Shown: piece after piece, positions 12,224-22,200 of the stretch
How the letters are laid out: each line of letters starts with the position of its first letter
Position numbering within the stretch: the stretch's first letter is position 1
Assembly: GCA_038322815.1 (NCBI GenBank)
Contig: JBBQGG010000008.1
Location: 2,043-66,042, forward strand
DNA: 64,000 bases
Direction: 5' to 3'
From: Candidatus Kapaibacterium sp.
GTDB lineage: Bacteria; Bacteroidota; Ignavibacteria; Palsa-1295
Position numbers and translations under genes: made by a program
Notes under the pieces: model-generated
Told to the model about the DNA's origin: nothing
The model's input: only the letters and a program-made list of their open reading frames with translations
The model's database searches: none

Positions 12224-12443
12224 GGCTGTCAAATGAATCTGCTGTCATATCAATGCATGGCAAAGAACAACCACTCAAGCATGATGTATTTGAATGTACT
12301 GGATCAATTTTTATACATTCATTAGTGATAGAGCAGGTACAATAGCTTATCAACCTTGGAGGACCAAAGCCATAGATAATCAAAGGATAACTAATGAGAA
12401 TCCCTGCAAAAATAAAAAGTAAAATTTTGTGCTTATACTTCAC
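12183..12443 (-). CDS. Small cysteine-rich protein with N-terminal hydrophobic segment
   Basis: 86 aa, basic N-terminus plus hydrophobic helix, 7 Cys; CCG-TATTTTTG promoter motif at 12488-12495 on the same strand. Confidence 0.45.
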   Translation of the reverse strand: MKYKHKILLFIFAGILISYPLIIYGFGPPRLISYCTCSITNECIKIDPVHSNTSCLSGCSLPCIDMTADSFDSHGNFLGRGAGGTC

Positions 12444-12570
12444 AAGTATTCTACAAAAAAATGTTTGGAAAACTTACAATCAACACACAAAAATACGGTG
12501 GGGGGGATGAATATCGTTATGCTTTTATAAGATAAATGTTATAATTTTTTAAGATTTACTGCGTGCAGTA

Positions 12571-12891
12571 TTAGTATTTCGGCACGTTCGGATCAATTCT
12601 CTCATTCCAAGCGTAAATGCCTCCCTGGAGGTTCTGAGCATTCGGAAATCCATTGCGTCGTAGAAATTCGGTTACCATCGCGCTTCGGCTGCCGGTGCGG
12701 CATAGGATAATAAGTGGAGTTTCAGCATCAAATTCTTCCAGATGCTGAGGAATCGTATTCATCGGAATAAGTGTGCCGCCGATATTTGATACGGCAAATT
12801 CTTTAGATTCACGGCAATCAATAAGCTGAATGGTTTCTGAAGCATCCATTTTCTTTTTTAGATCTTCGACTGTTATTTCAAATGGGATCAC
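12571..12891 (-). CDS. Rhodanese-like domain protein
   Basis: LIDCRE, active-site loop CRTGSRS, NLQGGIYAW..IDP.VPKY. Confidence 0.9.
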   Translation of the reverse strand: MIPFEITVEDLKKKMDASETIQLIDCRESKEFAVSNIGGTLIPMNTIPQHLEEFDAETPLIILCRTGSRSAMVTEFLRRNGFPNAQNLQGGIYAWNERIDPNVPKY

Positions 12892-12899
12892 AATGCTCC

Positions 12900-14618
12900 T
12901 TATTGTATTGAAAAGAAACGCACAACATTACTTGCAAAATCCACGACCGGCGTGAAATAGATGCCGAGGAAGAGCGTCGGGATCAGAAATACAAAGATGA
13001 AAGCTTTTGAAACGAAAGAATAACTCAACGTTCCATCAGGCGAAACGGAAAGTGCGCTTGTCATCGGCGCAGTCTGTGCATCAGATTGCTTGATGAACAT
13101 TGCCTGCATAACCCGTACATAATAATAAAGCGAGACTACGGAATTCAGTACCATCACTACAGCAAGCCATATCCACGGCGTTGTATGCGTTATCGGATCG
13201 GTAGTTAAAATTGATGAGAAAATATAAAGTTTTCCGATAAATCCAATTGTCAAAGGAATACCTGTAAGTGAAACAAGAAAAATACCGAGGCAAACTGCAA
13301 GCAACGGCGATTTCTTTGCAAAGCCTTTATAATCCTCGATCTCTTCGGAGCCGATCTTATTTGCAATAAGCATTACTACATAAAATGCTCCGAGATTTGT
13401 AAACAGATATGCAATAAAATAGATCATGATTGAAACCATGCCGCTCATTTCATAAAAATGTGGCAATAGCTCCTTATGAAAACCAACTGACCTGACCTGA
13501 GCAAGCATAAATAATCCACTGCCGATCGCAACGAGACCGACCATCATATATCCTGCATGTGCAATCGTTGAATAAGCAAGCATACGCTTGATATTCGATT
13601 GACGCAGTGCAGCAAAATTACCGAGTGTCATCGTGATCGCAGCAAGGATCGCAATGACGAGAGGCCAATTGAGAATGATATGACCTGTTTGGAAATCAAC
13701 CGGAAAGCCAAACATGAGAAAACGCATGAGTAAACCGAAACCGCCAGCTTTTGATGCAACCGATAACAATGCTGTAATTGGAATCGGAGCGCCTTCATAT
13801 ACATCGGGTGTCCAGAAATGAAATGGCGCAGCACTGATCTTATAACCCATTCCTGCAAGCGAGAGAATAACGCCGATCCATAATGCAAGTTGATTCACGG
13901 TATGGGCTTCCATTCCGCTTGCAAGAACTGCCTGAATGCCGATAATGCTCGTGGTGCCGGTCAGCCCGTAGAGAATCGAAAATCCGTAGATCATCAGGCC
14001 CGAACTGAATGCGCCGAAAAGTACATATTTCATTGAAGCCTCTGAACTTCGGGCATTCTCTTTCATAAATCCTGCCATGATGTAACTTGTAATAGAAACA
14101 AGTTCGAGCGCTATGTACATCATCACCAGATCCGTCGCCGCCGGCATCAAGAACATGCCAAGCGTAAGTGCAAGCATGAGAGAAAAATATTCTCCGTTAC
14201 GCAAGCCGCGCTCATTTACTTCGCGTGAAAGAAGCGACATCAGAACCACTAAGATCGCTGATAAAGAAATCAGAAGTTTGAAAAACACTGCAAAGTTATC
14301 TACAACTGCCATACCAACTTGAGGAACGAGCGTCGTCAGATATGGGAATATCATCGCTCCACCCTTCCACGTTGCACTTCCCTGCTCATAAGGCTGCCAT
14401 TGCATCCACGAAGTTACAAATGCAGCAATAAGAACTATCAATGCAAAATAGCCTGTCAGCTTTTTATTGCTTGACTTGCGAATGAGAAGATCAAGAATAA
14501 TGGCAAGCAAAAAACCGGCTGTGAGGATTGTCTCCGGAATGAAATTTGCCATACTGGTCTTCACCATCGGAGCAAATAACTTCGCCAGCGCTTGCGGATC
14601 GATAAGATTTGGATTCAT
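12900..14618 (-). CDS. nuoN: NADH-quinone oxidoreductase subunit N
   Basis: SSEASMKY, KISAAPFHFWTPDVYEGAP, IKRMLAYSTIAHAGY. Confidence 0.96.
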   Translation of the reverse strand: MNPNLIDPQALAKLFAPMVKTSMANFIPETILTAGFLLAIILDLLIRKSSNKKLTGYFALIVLIAAFVTSWMQWQPYEQGSATWKGGAMIFPYLTTLVPQVGMAVVDNFAVFFKLLISLSAILVVLMSLLSREVNERGLRNGEYFSLMLALTLGMFLMPAATDLVMMYIALELVSITSYIMAGFMKENARSSEASMKYVLFGAFSSGLMIYGFSILYGLTGTTSIIGIQAVLASGMEAHTVNQLALWIGVILSLAGMGYKISAAPFHFWTPDVYEGAPIPITALLSVASKAGGFGLLMRFLMFGFPVDFQTGHIILNWPLVIAILAAITMTLGNFAALRQSNIKRMLAYSTIAHAGYMMVGLVAIGSGLFMLAQVRSVGFHKELLPHFYEMSGMVSIMIYFIAYLFTNLGAFYVVMLIANKIGSEEIEDYKGFAKKSPLLAVCLGIFLVSLTGIPLTIGFIGKLYIFSSILTTDPITHTTPWIWLAVVMVLNSVVSLYYYVRVMQAMFIKQSDAQTAPMTSALSVSPDGTLSYSFVSKAFIFVFLIPTLFLGIYFTPVVDFASNVVRFFSIQ

Positions 14619-14638
14619 CCTAAATTATTTTATAGAAT

Positions 14639-16237
14639 TTAGTGTATGATCGTAGCAGCTTGCATAACTTTCGGCGCAGCAGCATTAACGAAGGTCACAA
14701 GTTGATTGACACTTGTTGACATCAGATTGATGATCGGCGAAGGATAAATTCCTAAGAAGATCACGATCGCTGCAAGCGGAACAAGTGCGACAAGTTCGCG
14801 CCCGTTAATATCGGTAAGATTATTCCACCGCTCAGGCAATGTGCCTAAGAACATGCGCTGCAATGCCCAAAGCATATATGCTGCTGTCAGGATAATACCG
14901 AGCGTCGAAAGAATTGTCCAGAACTGGAATGCTTGGAATGCTCCGAGGAAAACGAATGCCTCAGAAATAAAACCTGACATTCCCGGCAAGCCAAGCGAAG
15001 CAAAATAGCAGATCACTACAAAAGCAAAATATTTCGGCATCTTATTGGCAAGTCCGCCGAATTCGTTCAAGCCTCTAGTGTGTGCGCGATCATAGAGCAC
15101 ACCAACGCTTAAGAAAAGCATCGCTGTGATCGTACCGTGATTGAACATCTGGAAGATCGCCCCCATCATACCTTGGGAATTCAATGCTGCCATTCCTATC
15201 AGAACATATCCCATGTGACTGATAGAACTATATGCAATCAGTTTTTTCAGATCCTTTTGCGCCATTGCACAGAATGCGCCATAGACGATATTAATAAATC
15301 CGAATATCACCATATACTCGCTAGTTGCGACAGCAATTTCAGGGAAGATTCCGTAACAGATCCTCAGAATTCCATACGTTCCCATTTTTAAAAGCACACC
15401 GGCAAGAAGAACCGATATTGCTGTTGGAGCTTCCACGTGCGCATCCGGAAGCCATGTATGAAATGGGAACATGGGTATCTTTATCGCAAACCCTAAGAAG
15501 AGAGCGGCATACCCAATATATCGCCAGGTATTCCCTACTGTTGCAAAGATCGAACCTGCAACATGATTTGCGGGATTCATCATATCAAGAATACTGAATG
15601 TATGCCAGGCTGTTCCACCGATCATCACTTGCGTTGTGAAGTAAAGACCGATCATTACTAAGAGCATAAACACCGAGCCGAAAAGCGTGTATATAAAGAA
15701 TTTGATCGCAGCATATTCGCGCCGCGGTCCACCCCAAATTCCTATGAGGAAATACATCGGCAACAGCATCAATTCCCAGAAAACATAGAAGAGGAAAAAA
15801 TCCAACGAGCAGAAAACACCCATCATACCTGTTACTAAAAGCAGATACATCATGAAGTAGCCTTTATGCTGCTTCTCTATCGAGAAACTTGCAATGGCTC
15901 CGACAAAAGAGATCAGCGCCGTCAAAAGTACCATCAGAACAGAAAGTCCATCAATGCCCATGAAGTAATCAATGGCAACGTTGCCGAACACTCCAAGACC
16001 CGAAATACGAATCCATTCATGTTTTTCAATGAATTGAAAACTTTTCGGATCGTTGATACCCGCCATCGAATTATTAAAATTCGCCCAAAGAATAATGGCA
16101 AAGACAATTTGCAAAGCCGTGACCGCAACCGTCACGCCGCGAATCATCTTGATATTCGTTTTCGGCAGGAACGCCGTGATGATCATTCCCGCAATAGGCA
16201 GGAGCGTCAATATGGATAAGATCGGATAACCAAGCAT
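14639..16237 (-). CDS. nuoM: NADH-quinone oxidoreductase subunit M
   Basis: FYVFWE, KIPMFPFHTWLPDAHVEAPT, LLKMGTYG, LIAYSSISHMG. Confidence 0.96.
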   Translation of the reverse strand: MLGYPILSILTLLPIAGMIITAFLPKTNIKMIRGVTVAVTALQIVFAIILWANFNNSMAGINDPKSFQFIEKHEWIRISGLGVFGNVAIDYFMGIDGLSVLMVLLTALISFVGAIASFSIEKQHKGYFMMYLLLVTGMMGVFCSLDFFLFYVFWELMLLPMYFLIGIWGGPRREYAAIKFFIYTLFGSVFMLLVMIGLYFTTQVMIGGTAWHTFSILDMMNPANHVAGSIFATVGNTWRYIGYAALFLGFAIKIPMFPFHTWLPDAHVEAPTAISVLLAGVLLKMGTYGILRICYGIFPEIAVATSEYMVIFGFINIVYGAFCAMAQKDLKKLIAYSSISHMGYVLIGMAALNSQGMMGAIFQMFNHGTITAMLFLSVGVLYDRAHTRGLNEFGGLANKMPKYFAFVVICYFASLGLPGMSGFISEAFVFLGAFQAFQFWTILSTLGIILTAAYMLWALQRMFLGTLPERWNNLTDINGRELVALVPLAAIVIFLGIYPSPIINLMSTSVNQLVTFVNAAAPKVMQAATIIH

Positions 16238-16269
16238 ACGTTATTTCTTTTCTTTTGCGTTAAAATTTA

Positions 16270-18306
16270 TTAGTGTACAACGACGAATCGTTTCGTCATC
16301 ACAAACCCATCTATTGTTTCAAGTTTGTATATATAGATTCCGTTCTCCAAAGTCCGCGCATCAAAATGGATACGATGATTACCGGCATTAAAAATTCCTT
16401 CGGATAGTATGTTGAGCGTTCTTCCCAAAACATCGCTTACACTAAGCTTTGCATAACCTTGTTTTGCAAGTTCAAAAGTAATAGTACCATCAAGAGAAAC
16501 AGGATTTGGGAAGGTGTTTCCTAATTGGAGAAGATTTGAATGCTGCTCTCCAACCCCTTTTGGGATGAAGACAGCATCGCCGGTAATATTAACATCGATC
16601 CTAAGTGTATCATAATATTTTAAACCTTCAACTGTTGCCGCTCCATAGGTTACGGCAAAGTATAAAGGAAGCTGAGAGCCTGCTCCATTATCTGTGCCAT
16701 CGCGTGTGAATTGAAATGAGCCGACAACAGACTGAAGAGAACTCATCGACCCAAGAACCGCAGTTCCTTGTTTAACAGAATAACCACCGGCTTGTGTAAC
16801 GCTTCCATCAATTGGCAGCAAGCGTACTTGAATAGAAGTCCCAGCTGCCATTAAATTTTTAAACGTTACATCAATAGTATAGACTTTATTTGAATAATCA
16901 AGCCCGCCTTTATCTATTCCGTCTATTTTGAAATCCGTAATACCTAATCCCGGAACAGAGGGTTTGGTTAATGCGGAATAAGCATTCACGCGTCCCCAAA
17001 AGAAAGTCCGATTGGCTGGATTTATGTCATTATCGCTCGTTTCGATTATCTGCCGCATCACAAACTTAGGCAGCCAGTCAGGGTTCTTCGCCCAAACTAA
17101 TCCCGCAACACCTGCGGTAAGAGGGCAGGAAAATGATGTTCCGCTGCTCTTGTCATAAGAGTTATTTCCCGGAAATGTAGTTGAGAATATATTTGTACCG
17201 GGAGCATATACTGAAACGGATTTTCCAAAATTTGAAAACGAAGCAGGCTTATCATTCTCATCAGTTGCACCGACAGAAAGAACGCCTTTTAGATTAGCGG
17301 GATAAAAACTATTCGCAGGAACATCTATATTCTGCCCGGCATTACCCGAGGCAGCTACGACAAGAGCACCTGTATCTAATGCTTCATCCACAAAGCTTTG
17401 CATGATGGATATAAAATTGGGATCCGTTTCATTTCCACCCCATGAGCAGTTTAATATTTTTGCACCGTGCATCACAGCATATTGTATTCCTTCATATCCT
17501 CCCAAAAGAAATCCCGAATCATTTGCAATTTTGATAATCATGATCTTGCAATTGAAACCCGTTCCTGCCCCGCCTTTGGCATTATCAGGAACTGCTCCAA
17601 AGCAGCCGGTAGTAAAAGTGCCGTGGCTTTGACCTACTCCCGGCATAGGATCAAAATCCGGTAGGAAATGTCTGGAAGTGCCAGTACCGACTACATCAAA
17701 ACCGATATGTCCATCTACCTTATGGATATTCCCGGCAAGATCTTCATGATTATAATTTACTCCTTCATCAAGGTCGGCGATTACAATATTCGAATTTCCC
17801 TTGGAAACTCCCCACGCTTCTAAGATATGCATGTGTGAATTATCCAAAGCATACTGATTTAGGATTTGCGGATCATTGGGTGTGTAAGAACATTTTTGAA
17901 AAACGTAACGAGGACTAACGGCCTCAACACAATCCAAATTCAAGAACGCATGCCCTATAACTCGCGGTGACGGTCCTTCTTCTGAAAAATTAATTACATA
18001 CACTCTATCAATACCATGCCTGATGGCAACAGGATATTTTTTTGCATCAGGATCAAAGGAGGTAATGGTAGTCACTCCTATATTAGAAAAAAGATTATTT
18101 AGTTCAAGATTGCCTGTTTGAAACGGGTTCAGATGCTCGAAGTCAACTCCGTGTTTTGCTTTCAACTTAATATAAAGTACGCCCGGCACGACATTCATTA
18201 ACTTTGGCGCTTCAATGGATAATGGCACTTGAGCATGAGCAACAACACTTACTCCGCTGAGCAGTGAAGTGATTAGCAGAAGAAATAATAGGGATTTATT
18301 TATCAT
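16270..18306 (-). CDS. S8 (subtilisin-like) serine protease with T9SS-type C-terminal domain
   Basis: Signal peptide from ATG 18306; triad motifs ADLDEG, SHGTFTTG and SGTSFSCP; C-terminal FPNP...SDVLGR...LENGIYIYKL...KRFVVVH. Confidence 0.9.
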   Translation of the reverse strand: MINKSLLFLLLITSLLSGVSVVAHAQVPLSIEAPKLMNVVPGVLYIKLKAKHGVDFEHLNPFQTGNLELNNLFSNIGVTTITSFDPDAKKYPVAIRHGIDRVYVINFSEEGPSPRVIGHAFLNLDCVEAVSPRYVFQKCSYTPNDPQILNQYALDNSHMHILEAWGVSKGNSNIVIADLDEGVNYNHEDLAGNIHKVDGHIGFDVVGTGTSRHFLPDFDPMPGVGQSHGTFTTGCFGAVPDNAKGGAGTGFNCKIMIIKIANDSGFLLGGYEGIQYAVMHGAKILNCSWGGNETDPNFISIMQSFVDEALDTGALVVAASGNAGQNIDVPANSFYPANLKGVLSVGATDENDKPASFSNFGKSVSVYAPGTNIFSTTFPGNNSYDKSSGTSFSCPLTAGVAGLVWAKNPDWLPKFVMRQIIETSDNDINPANRTFFWGRVNAYSALTKPSVPGLGITDFKIDGIDKGGLDYSNKVYTIDVTFKNLMAAGTSIQVRLLPIDGSVTQAGGYSVKQGTAVLGSMSSLQSVVGSFQFTRDGTDNGAGSQLPLYFAVTYGAATVEGLKYYDTLRIDVNITGDAVFIPKGVGEQHSNLLQLGNTFPNPVSLDGTITFELAKQGYAKLSVSDVLGRTLNILSEGIFNAGNHRIHFDARTLENGIYIYKLETIDGFVMTKRFVVVH

Positions 18307-20483
18307 AGTAATTTCCATGCAATAGCTGCAAACACAAGAACGACGCCGACAAGCGTCCACGTTAAGTATGTCTGTATTTTTCCCGTCTGTACGGAGCGGA
18401 ATCCGAGACCGATGAGTTGAGTAACACCGGCAGTTAAATTCACAAGTCCGTCAACAATATACTTATCAATCCATCCCCCGATCTTTGAAACAAGTACTGT
18501 CGATCTGCCGACGCCATTTACCATTCCATCAATGATATTCGTGTCAAACCATGAGCACATTCTTGCAAAAAGCATAAACGAACCCACAAAAGCGAATTCA
18601 TAAAACTCGTCGAAATACCATTTATTCACACTGAATTTATAAAGAGGCGCAAACATCTTGGCAAGCTTATCAGGCAGAGCTGTATTTTTCAAATACATGA
18701 ACCAGGCAAGCGCAATGCCCGTGATCGCACATAGAATCGAAATAATCATTCCCGTTCCAGCAACTTCATGTGTTTTATGCTCAAGAATTTCCTGATGCTC
18801 CATTGGTTCAGCATGATGGACATTCTCAGCTGTCGGAGCAGAAGTTTCCTTTTCCACTGCTGTTACAGTCGAATGAGCAAAATGTGCTTCAGTTGAAACC
18901 GGCACGATCTGCGCAGGAGTCGGAGCCCAGCTTTTCATAAACCAACCATTAGCCGGATCAATTGGATTAGCTCCATACCAAATCCAGAAAGAAAGACCTG
19001 CAAGAACGATAAGCGGAATCACCATTGCTTTTGGAGATTCATGAATATGCTCGTAAATTTTCTCATCCTTCGGTTTTCCGAAGAATGTCATAAAGACCAG
19101 ACGCCACATATAGAACGCCGTCATCATTGCAACTCCGAAGCCTATCCATGGAAGTAATGTTGCAATGCCGCCTTGTAACTGACTATATGCAGTTGCTCCT
19201 GCCAAAACCTCATCTTTGGACATGAAGCCGCTCATTAAAGGAATACCGCTGATGGCAAGGGTTGCAATAATAAATGTATATCCGGTGATGGGCATCTTCT
19301 TCAGCAGCCCGCCCATATTGCGCATATCCTGCGGATCTGTATGATGATCATGCAGATGATGGAGTGAATGATGCATGGCGTGGATTACAGATCCTGAACC
19401 TAAGAATAGGCAGGCTTTGAACATTGCATGAGTCGTCAAATGAAAGAAGCCTGCGCTGAACGCTCCGACACCAAGCGCCATGATCATATATCCAAGCTGC
19501 GAAACAGTGGAATATGCCAGGACTTTTTTAATATCATTTTGTGTCAGTGCCGTAGTTGCAGCAATGAAACTTGTAAGTCCGCCGATCATTGCAATCACAA
19601 GCATTGCATCTCCGGTAAGCATTGGGAAAATTCTGCAGACAAGATATACACCTGCCGCAACCATCGTAGCAGCATGGATAAGTGCGGATACAGGCGTCGG
19701 ACCTTCCATTGCGTCAGGAAGCCAGACATGCAAAGGAAATTGTGCGCTCTTACCGACTGCTCCGCAAAAGATCAATACTCCTGCAGCAGTCAATGTCGCT
19801 TCAGGACTCATTCCTAATAAACTAAAACTCGGTGGAAGTCCGTGATGAATTGCTGCAAAAATATCCGAGAAATTAAAGGTATGGAATGTTCCGAAAATAA
19901 GCATGAGACCTGTCCACATACCAACATCACCAACGCGATTGACAATAAATGCTTTTTTCGAAGCAAGTTGAGGACCCGGTTTCTCATACCAATGGGAGAT
20001 AAGAGCATAACTTGAAAAACCTACAAGCTCCCAGAAAATATAAAGAGCAAAAAGATTATTTCCGATGACAATGCCGAGCATCGAGAAAGTAAAAATTCCG
20101 AGATAAGCGAAATATCTTGAATACCGGATATCACCCGCCATATAGACGCTGCTGAATAAATGGACCAGGAAAGAAATAAGCGTAACGACAACGAGCATGA
20201 TCGCTGTCAAATTATCTATCATGATGCCTGTCATCAGATTCCATTCACCAACTCCTGGCACATTCCCAAAGCTTACCCATTTCGTTGACCAGTTAATCGT
20301 GCCGGGAATTCCAGAAAGTTTTGTATAGCAAATATAGATCGCAAGAGCCAGGGCTGTCCCGAGAATCGGCAGTCCGATAAGATGTGCATGCTTCTGCAAT
20401 CGTTTCTGATTAAAAATAATAATCACGAAACTTAGCAGCGGCAGCCCGAGAATGATGAGCGATAATACTAAAAGTTGATCCAT
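18303..20483 (-). CDS. nuoL: NADH-quinone oxidoreductase subunit L
   Basis: FIVNRVGD, GKSAQFPLHVWLPDAMEGPTPVSALIHAATMV, IKKVLAYSTVSQLG. Confidence 0.97.
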   Translation of the reverse strand: MDQLLVLSLIILGLPLLSFVIIIFNQKRLQKHAHLIGLPILGTALALAIYICYTKLSGIPGTINWSTKWVSFGNVPGVGEWNLMTGIMIDNLTAIMLVVVTLISFLVHLFSSVYMAGDIRYSRYFAYLGIFTFSMLGIVIGNNLFALYIFWELVGFSSYALISHWYEKPGPQLASKKAFIVNRVGDVGMWTGLMLIFGTFHTFNFSDIFAAIHHGLPPSFSLLGMSPEATLTAAGVLIFCGAVGKSAQFPLHVWLPDAMEGPTPVSALIHAATMVAAGVYLVCRIFPMLTGDAMLVIAMIGGLTSFIAATTALTQNDIKKVLAYSTVSQLGYMIMALGVGAFSAGFFHLTTHAMFKACLFLGSGSVIHAMHHSLHHLHDHHTDPQDMRNMGGLLKKMPITGYTFIIATLAISGIPLMSGFMSKDEVLAGATAYSQLQGGIATLLPWIGFGVAMMTAFYMWRLVFMTFFGKPKDEKIYEHIHESPKAMVIPLIVLAGLSFWIWYGANPIDPANGWFMKSWAPTPAQIVPVSTEAHFAHSTVTAVEKETSAPTAENVHHAEPMEHQEILEHKTHEVAGTGMIISILCAITGIALAWFMYLKNTALPDKLAKMFAPLYKFSVNKWYFDEFYEFAFVGSFMLFARMCSWFDTNIIDGMVNGVGRSTVLVSKIGGWIDKYIVDGLVNLTAGVTQLIGLGFRSVQTGKIQTYLTWTLVGVVLVFAAIAWKLL

Positions 20484-20489
20484 AGAGCT

Positions 20490-20798
20490 TTAGTCTCTGA
20501 GCGAATCCACTTCGGATGGATTAACCGATTTGAAGTTCTTATAAATATTTAAAACAATTGCAAGCGCAACAGCCGCTTCGCCTGCAGCAATGACAATCAC
20601 GAAAATTGCAGCCATCTGTCCGCCGATATTGACACCGCCATAACGGCTGAATGCGATAAAATTAATATTCGCAGCATTTAAGATCAGTTCGACTCCCATC
20701 AATACTGCAATAACATTGCGGCGCGAAAGCATCGCAAAGATACCCAGCACGAAAAGTATCGCTCCGATTACAAGAAAATGATTTAGTCCGACGGTCAT
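20490..20798 (-). CDS. nuoK: NADH-quinone oxidoreductase subunit K
   Basis: RRNVI.VLMGVELILNA, AAGEAAVALA. Confidence 0.96.
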   Translation of the reverse strand: MTVGLNHFLVIGAILFVLGIFAMLSRRNVIAVLMGVELILNAANINFIAFSRYGGVNIGGQMAAIFVIVIAAGEAAVALAIVLNIYKNFKSVNPSEVDSLRD

Positions 20799-20827
20799 AA
20801 GTTCTTAGTTCTTAGTGCTTAGTTCTT
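20799..20827. repeat. Heptamer tandem array (AGTTCTT x4, one variant)
   Basis: AGTTCTT AGTTCTT AGTGCTT AGTTCTT fills most of the nuoJ-nuoK spacer. Confidence 0.9.
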
Positions 20828-20833
20828 AATAAA

Positions 20834-21499
20834 TCATGATACGGATTCTGCAATTGCTTCTTCTTCCGGTGTCGGCTCAGTGCGTGCGATCATTGTCGCA
20901 CCGAGCAATGAGACTAATATCAAAACCGAGATCACTTCGAACGGAAGTAAAAAATCTGTAAGAAAGAGTGCGCCGATTTCTGTTGCAGTACCCGAAGAGC
21001 CTTCATGAGTTTTTGCTTCATCCGGCGATCCGTACTTTACATTCAACGCTTCACCTGTTGCATCTTTATTCCATTTGCTTTGTGACCATGGAAGAGATGA
21101 ATGCGAAGCCCATGATGAAACAGTTTTGGGTTTTCCATCGGCTCCTTTTTCAACATGGGTTGCTGCAGTACCGAAGAATGCTGCCATCAAGATCGCAAAT
21201 AATCCAAGTGCTAAAACTCCTGCAACCCAACGCGATCCGGTCGTAGCTCGAATATCAACTCTACCTATGCGCGTTGTAAGCATGACTCCAAATATCAATA
21301 AGATCAGAATTCCGCCTACATAAACAAGTAACTGTGTAACTGCAAGAAAATCGGCATTTGCCATAACATAAAGTCCGGCAATACCGAAGAACGTGAAAAG
21401 CAATGCAAACGCAGCGTAAACAATATTCTTTGCAAGCGCTGTTGTCAAAGCGCCTACTACCGTTATTGCTCCGAAGATATAAAAAATAATGTCAAACAT
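20834..21499 (-). CDS. nuoJ: NADH-quinone oxidoreductase subunit J
   Basis: ADFLAVTQLLVYVGGI and LLPFEVIS; long hydrophilic loop before the last helix. Confidence 0.94.
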   Translation of the reverse strand: MFDIIFYIFGAITVVGALTTALAKNIVYAAFALLFTFFGIAGLYVMANADFLAVTQLLVYVGGILILLIFGVMLTTRIGRVDIRATTGSRWVAGVLALGLFAILMAAFFGTAATHVEKGADGKPKTVSSWASHSSLPWSQSKWNKDATGEALNVKYGSPDEAKTHEGSSGTATEIGALFLTDFLLPFEVISVLILVSLLGATMIARTEPTPEEEAIAESVS

Positions 21500-21519
21500 T
21501 TTTTATCTTAAAATTTATA

Positions 21520-22194
21520 TTATCCCGCTTTAAATGGCGGCGGTTTAATTCCGCCCGGCTTTGCAGCAAAAGGCGGCGGCTTGACTCCACCCGCATTCGG
21601 CGGAGTATTTGCAGCTTTCACTTCACCTTCTATAACAGGATTTGCTGCAGCAGCTTTTGCTTTTTCTTCTGCCTGTTTTGCACGTTCAGTCGCGGCACGT
21701 TCTTCATCTTTTTTTGCATTTTCAATATGAATAGCAGCTTCTGCCGTATCCATCGTTGCATAATTATAGATGAGGTTCACCCGGTCATATTCTGAAAACT
21801 CATAGACATCCGTCATGATAATGCATTCCGTCGGACACGGGTAAACACAGAGTCCACAGTAACAGCACTTTGCAATATCAATATCGAATCGCGTAACCCA
21901 TAAAGATTTTTTCTTTCCGTTTGATGTCGTACCGATATTTTCTCCGGCAACAACTTTTGCAGTATCGATCGTAATGCAATTCACAGGACAAGCGCGCGAG
22001 CATTGATCGCAGCCAATGCAATCATCCATATTGACATAAAGCCTGTTACGGGCGCGCTCGGGTAATTGGAAACGGGCTTCGGGATTTGGATATTGTCTTG
22101 TCACCTTCGGTTTTAGAAGATGCTTCATAACAATAGACATTCCCTTGAATGCCGTCCCTAATCCTTCTTGTATGTCCTTAAAATATCCGCTCAT
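21520..22194 (-). CDS. nuoI: NADH-quinone oxidoreductase subunit I
   Basis: Two 4Fe-4S motifs, CIGCDQCSRACP and CCYCGLCVYPCP; Ala/Pro-rich C-terminal tail. Confidence 0.95.
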   Translation of the reverse strand: MSGYFKDIQEGLGTAFKGMSIVMKHLLKPKVTRQYPNPEARFQLPERARNRLYVNMDDCIGCDQCSRACPVNCITIDTAKVVAGENIGTTSNGKKKSLWVTRFDIDIAKCCYCGLCVYPCPTECIIMTDVYEFSEYDRVNLIYNYATMDTAEAAIHIENAKKDEERAATERAKQAEEKAKAAAANPVIEGEVKAANTPPNAGGVKPPPFAAKPGGIKPPPFKAG

Positions 22195-22200
22195 GTGTAA

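Noticed and set aside
18307-18360. Cys-rich N-terminal extension of the S8 ORF in the track
   Set aside because: It is an alternate frame of the nuoL 3' end; the signal peptide starts at ATG 18306.
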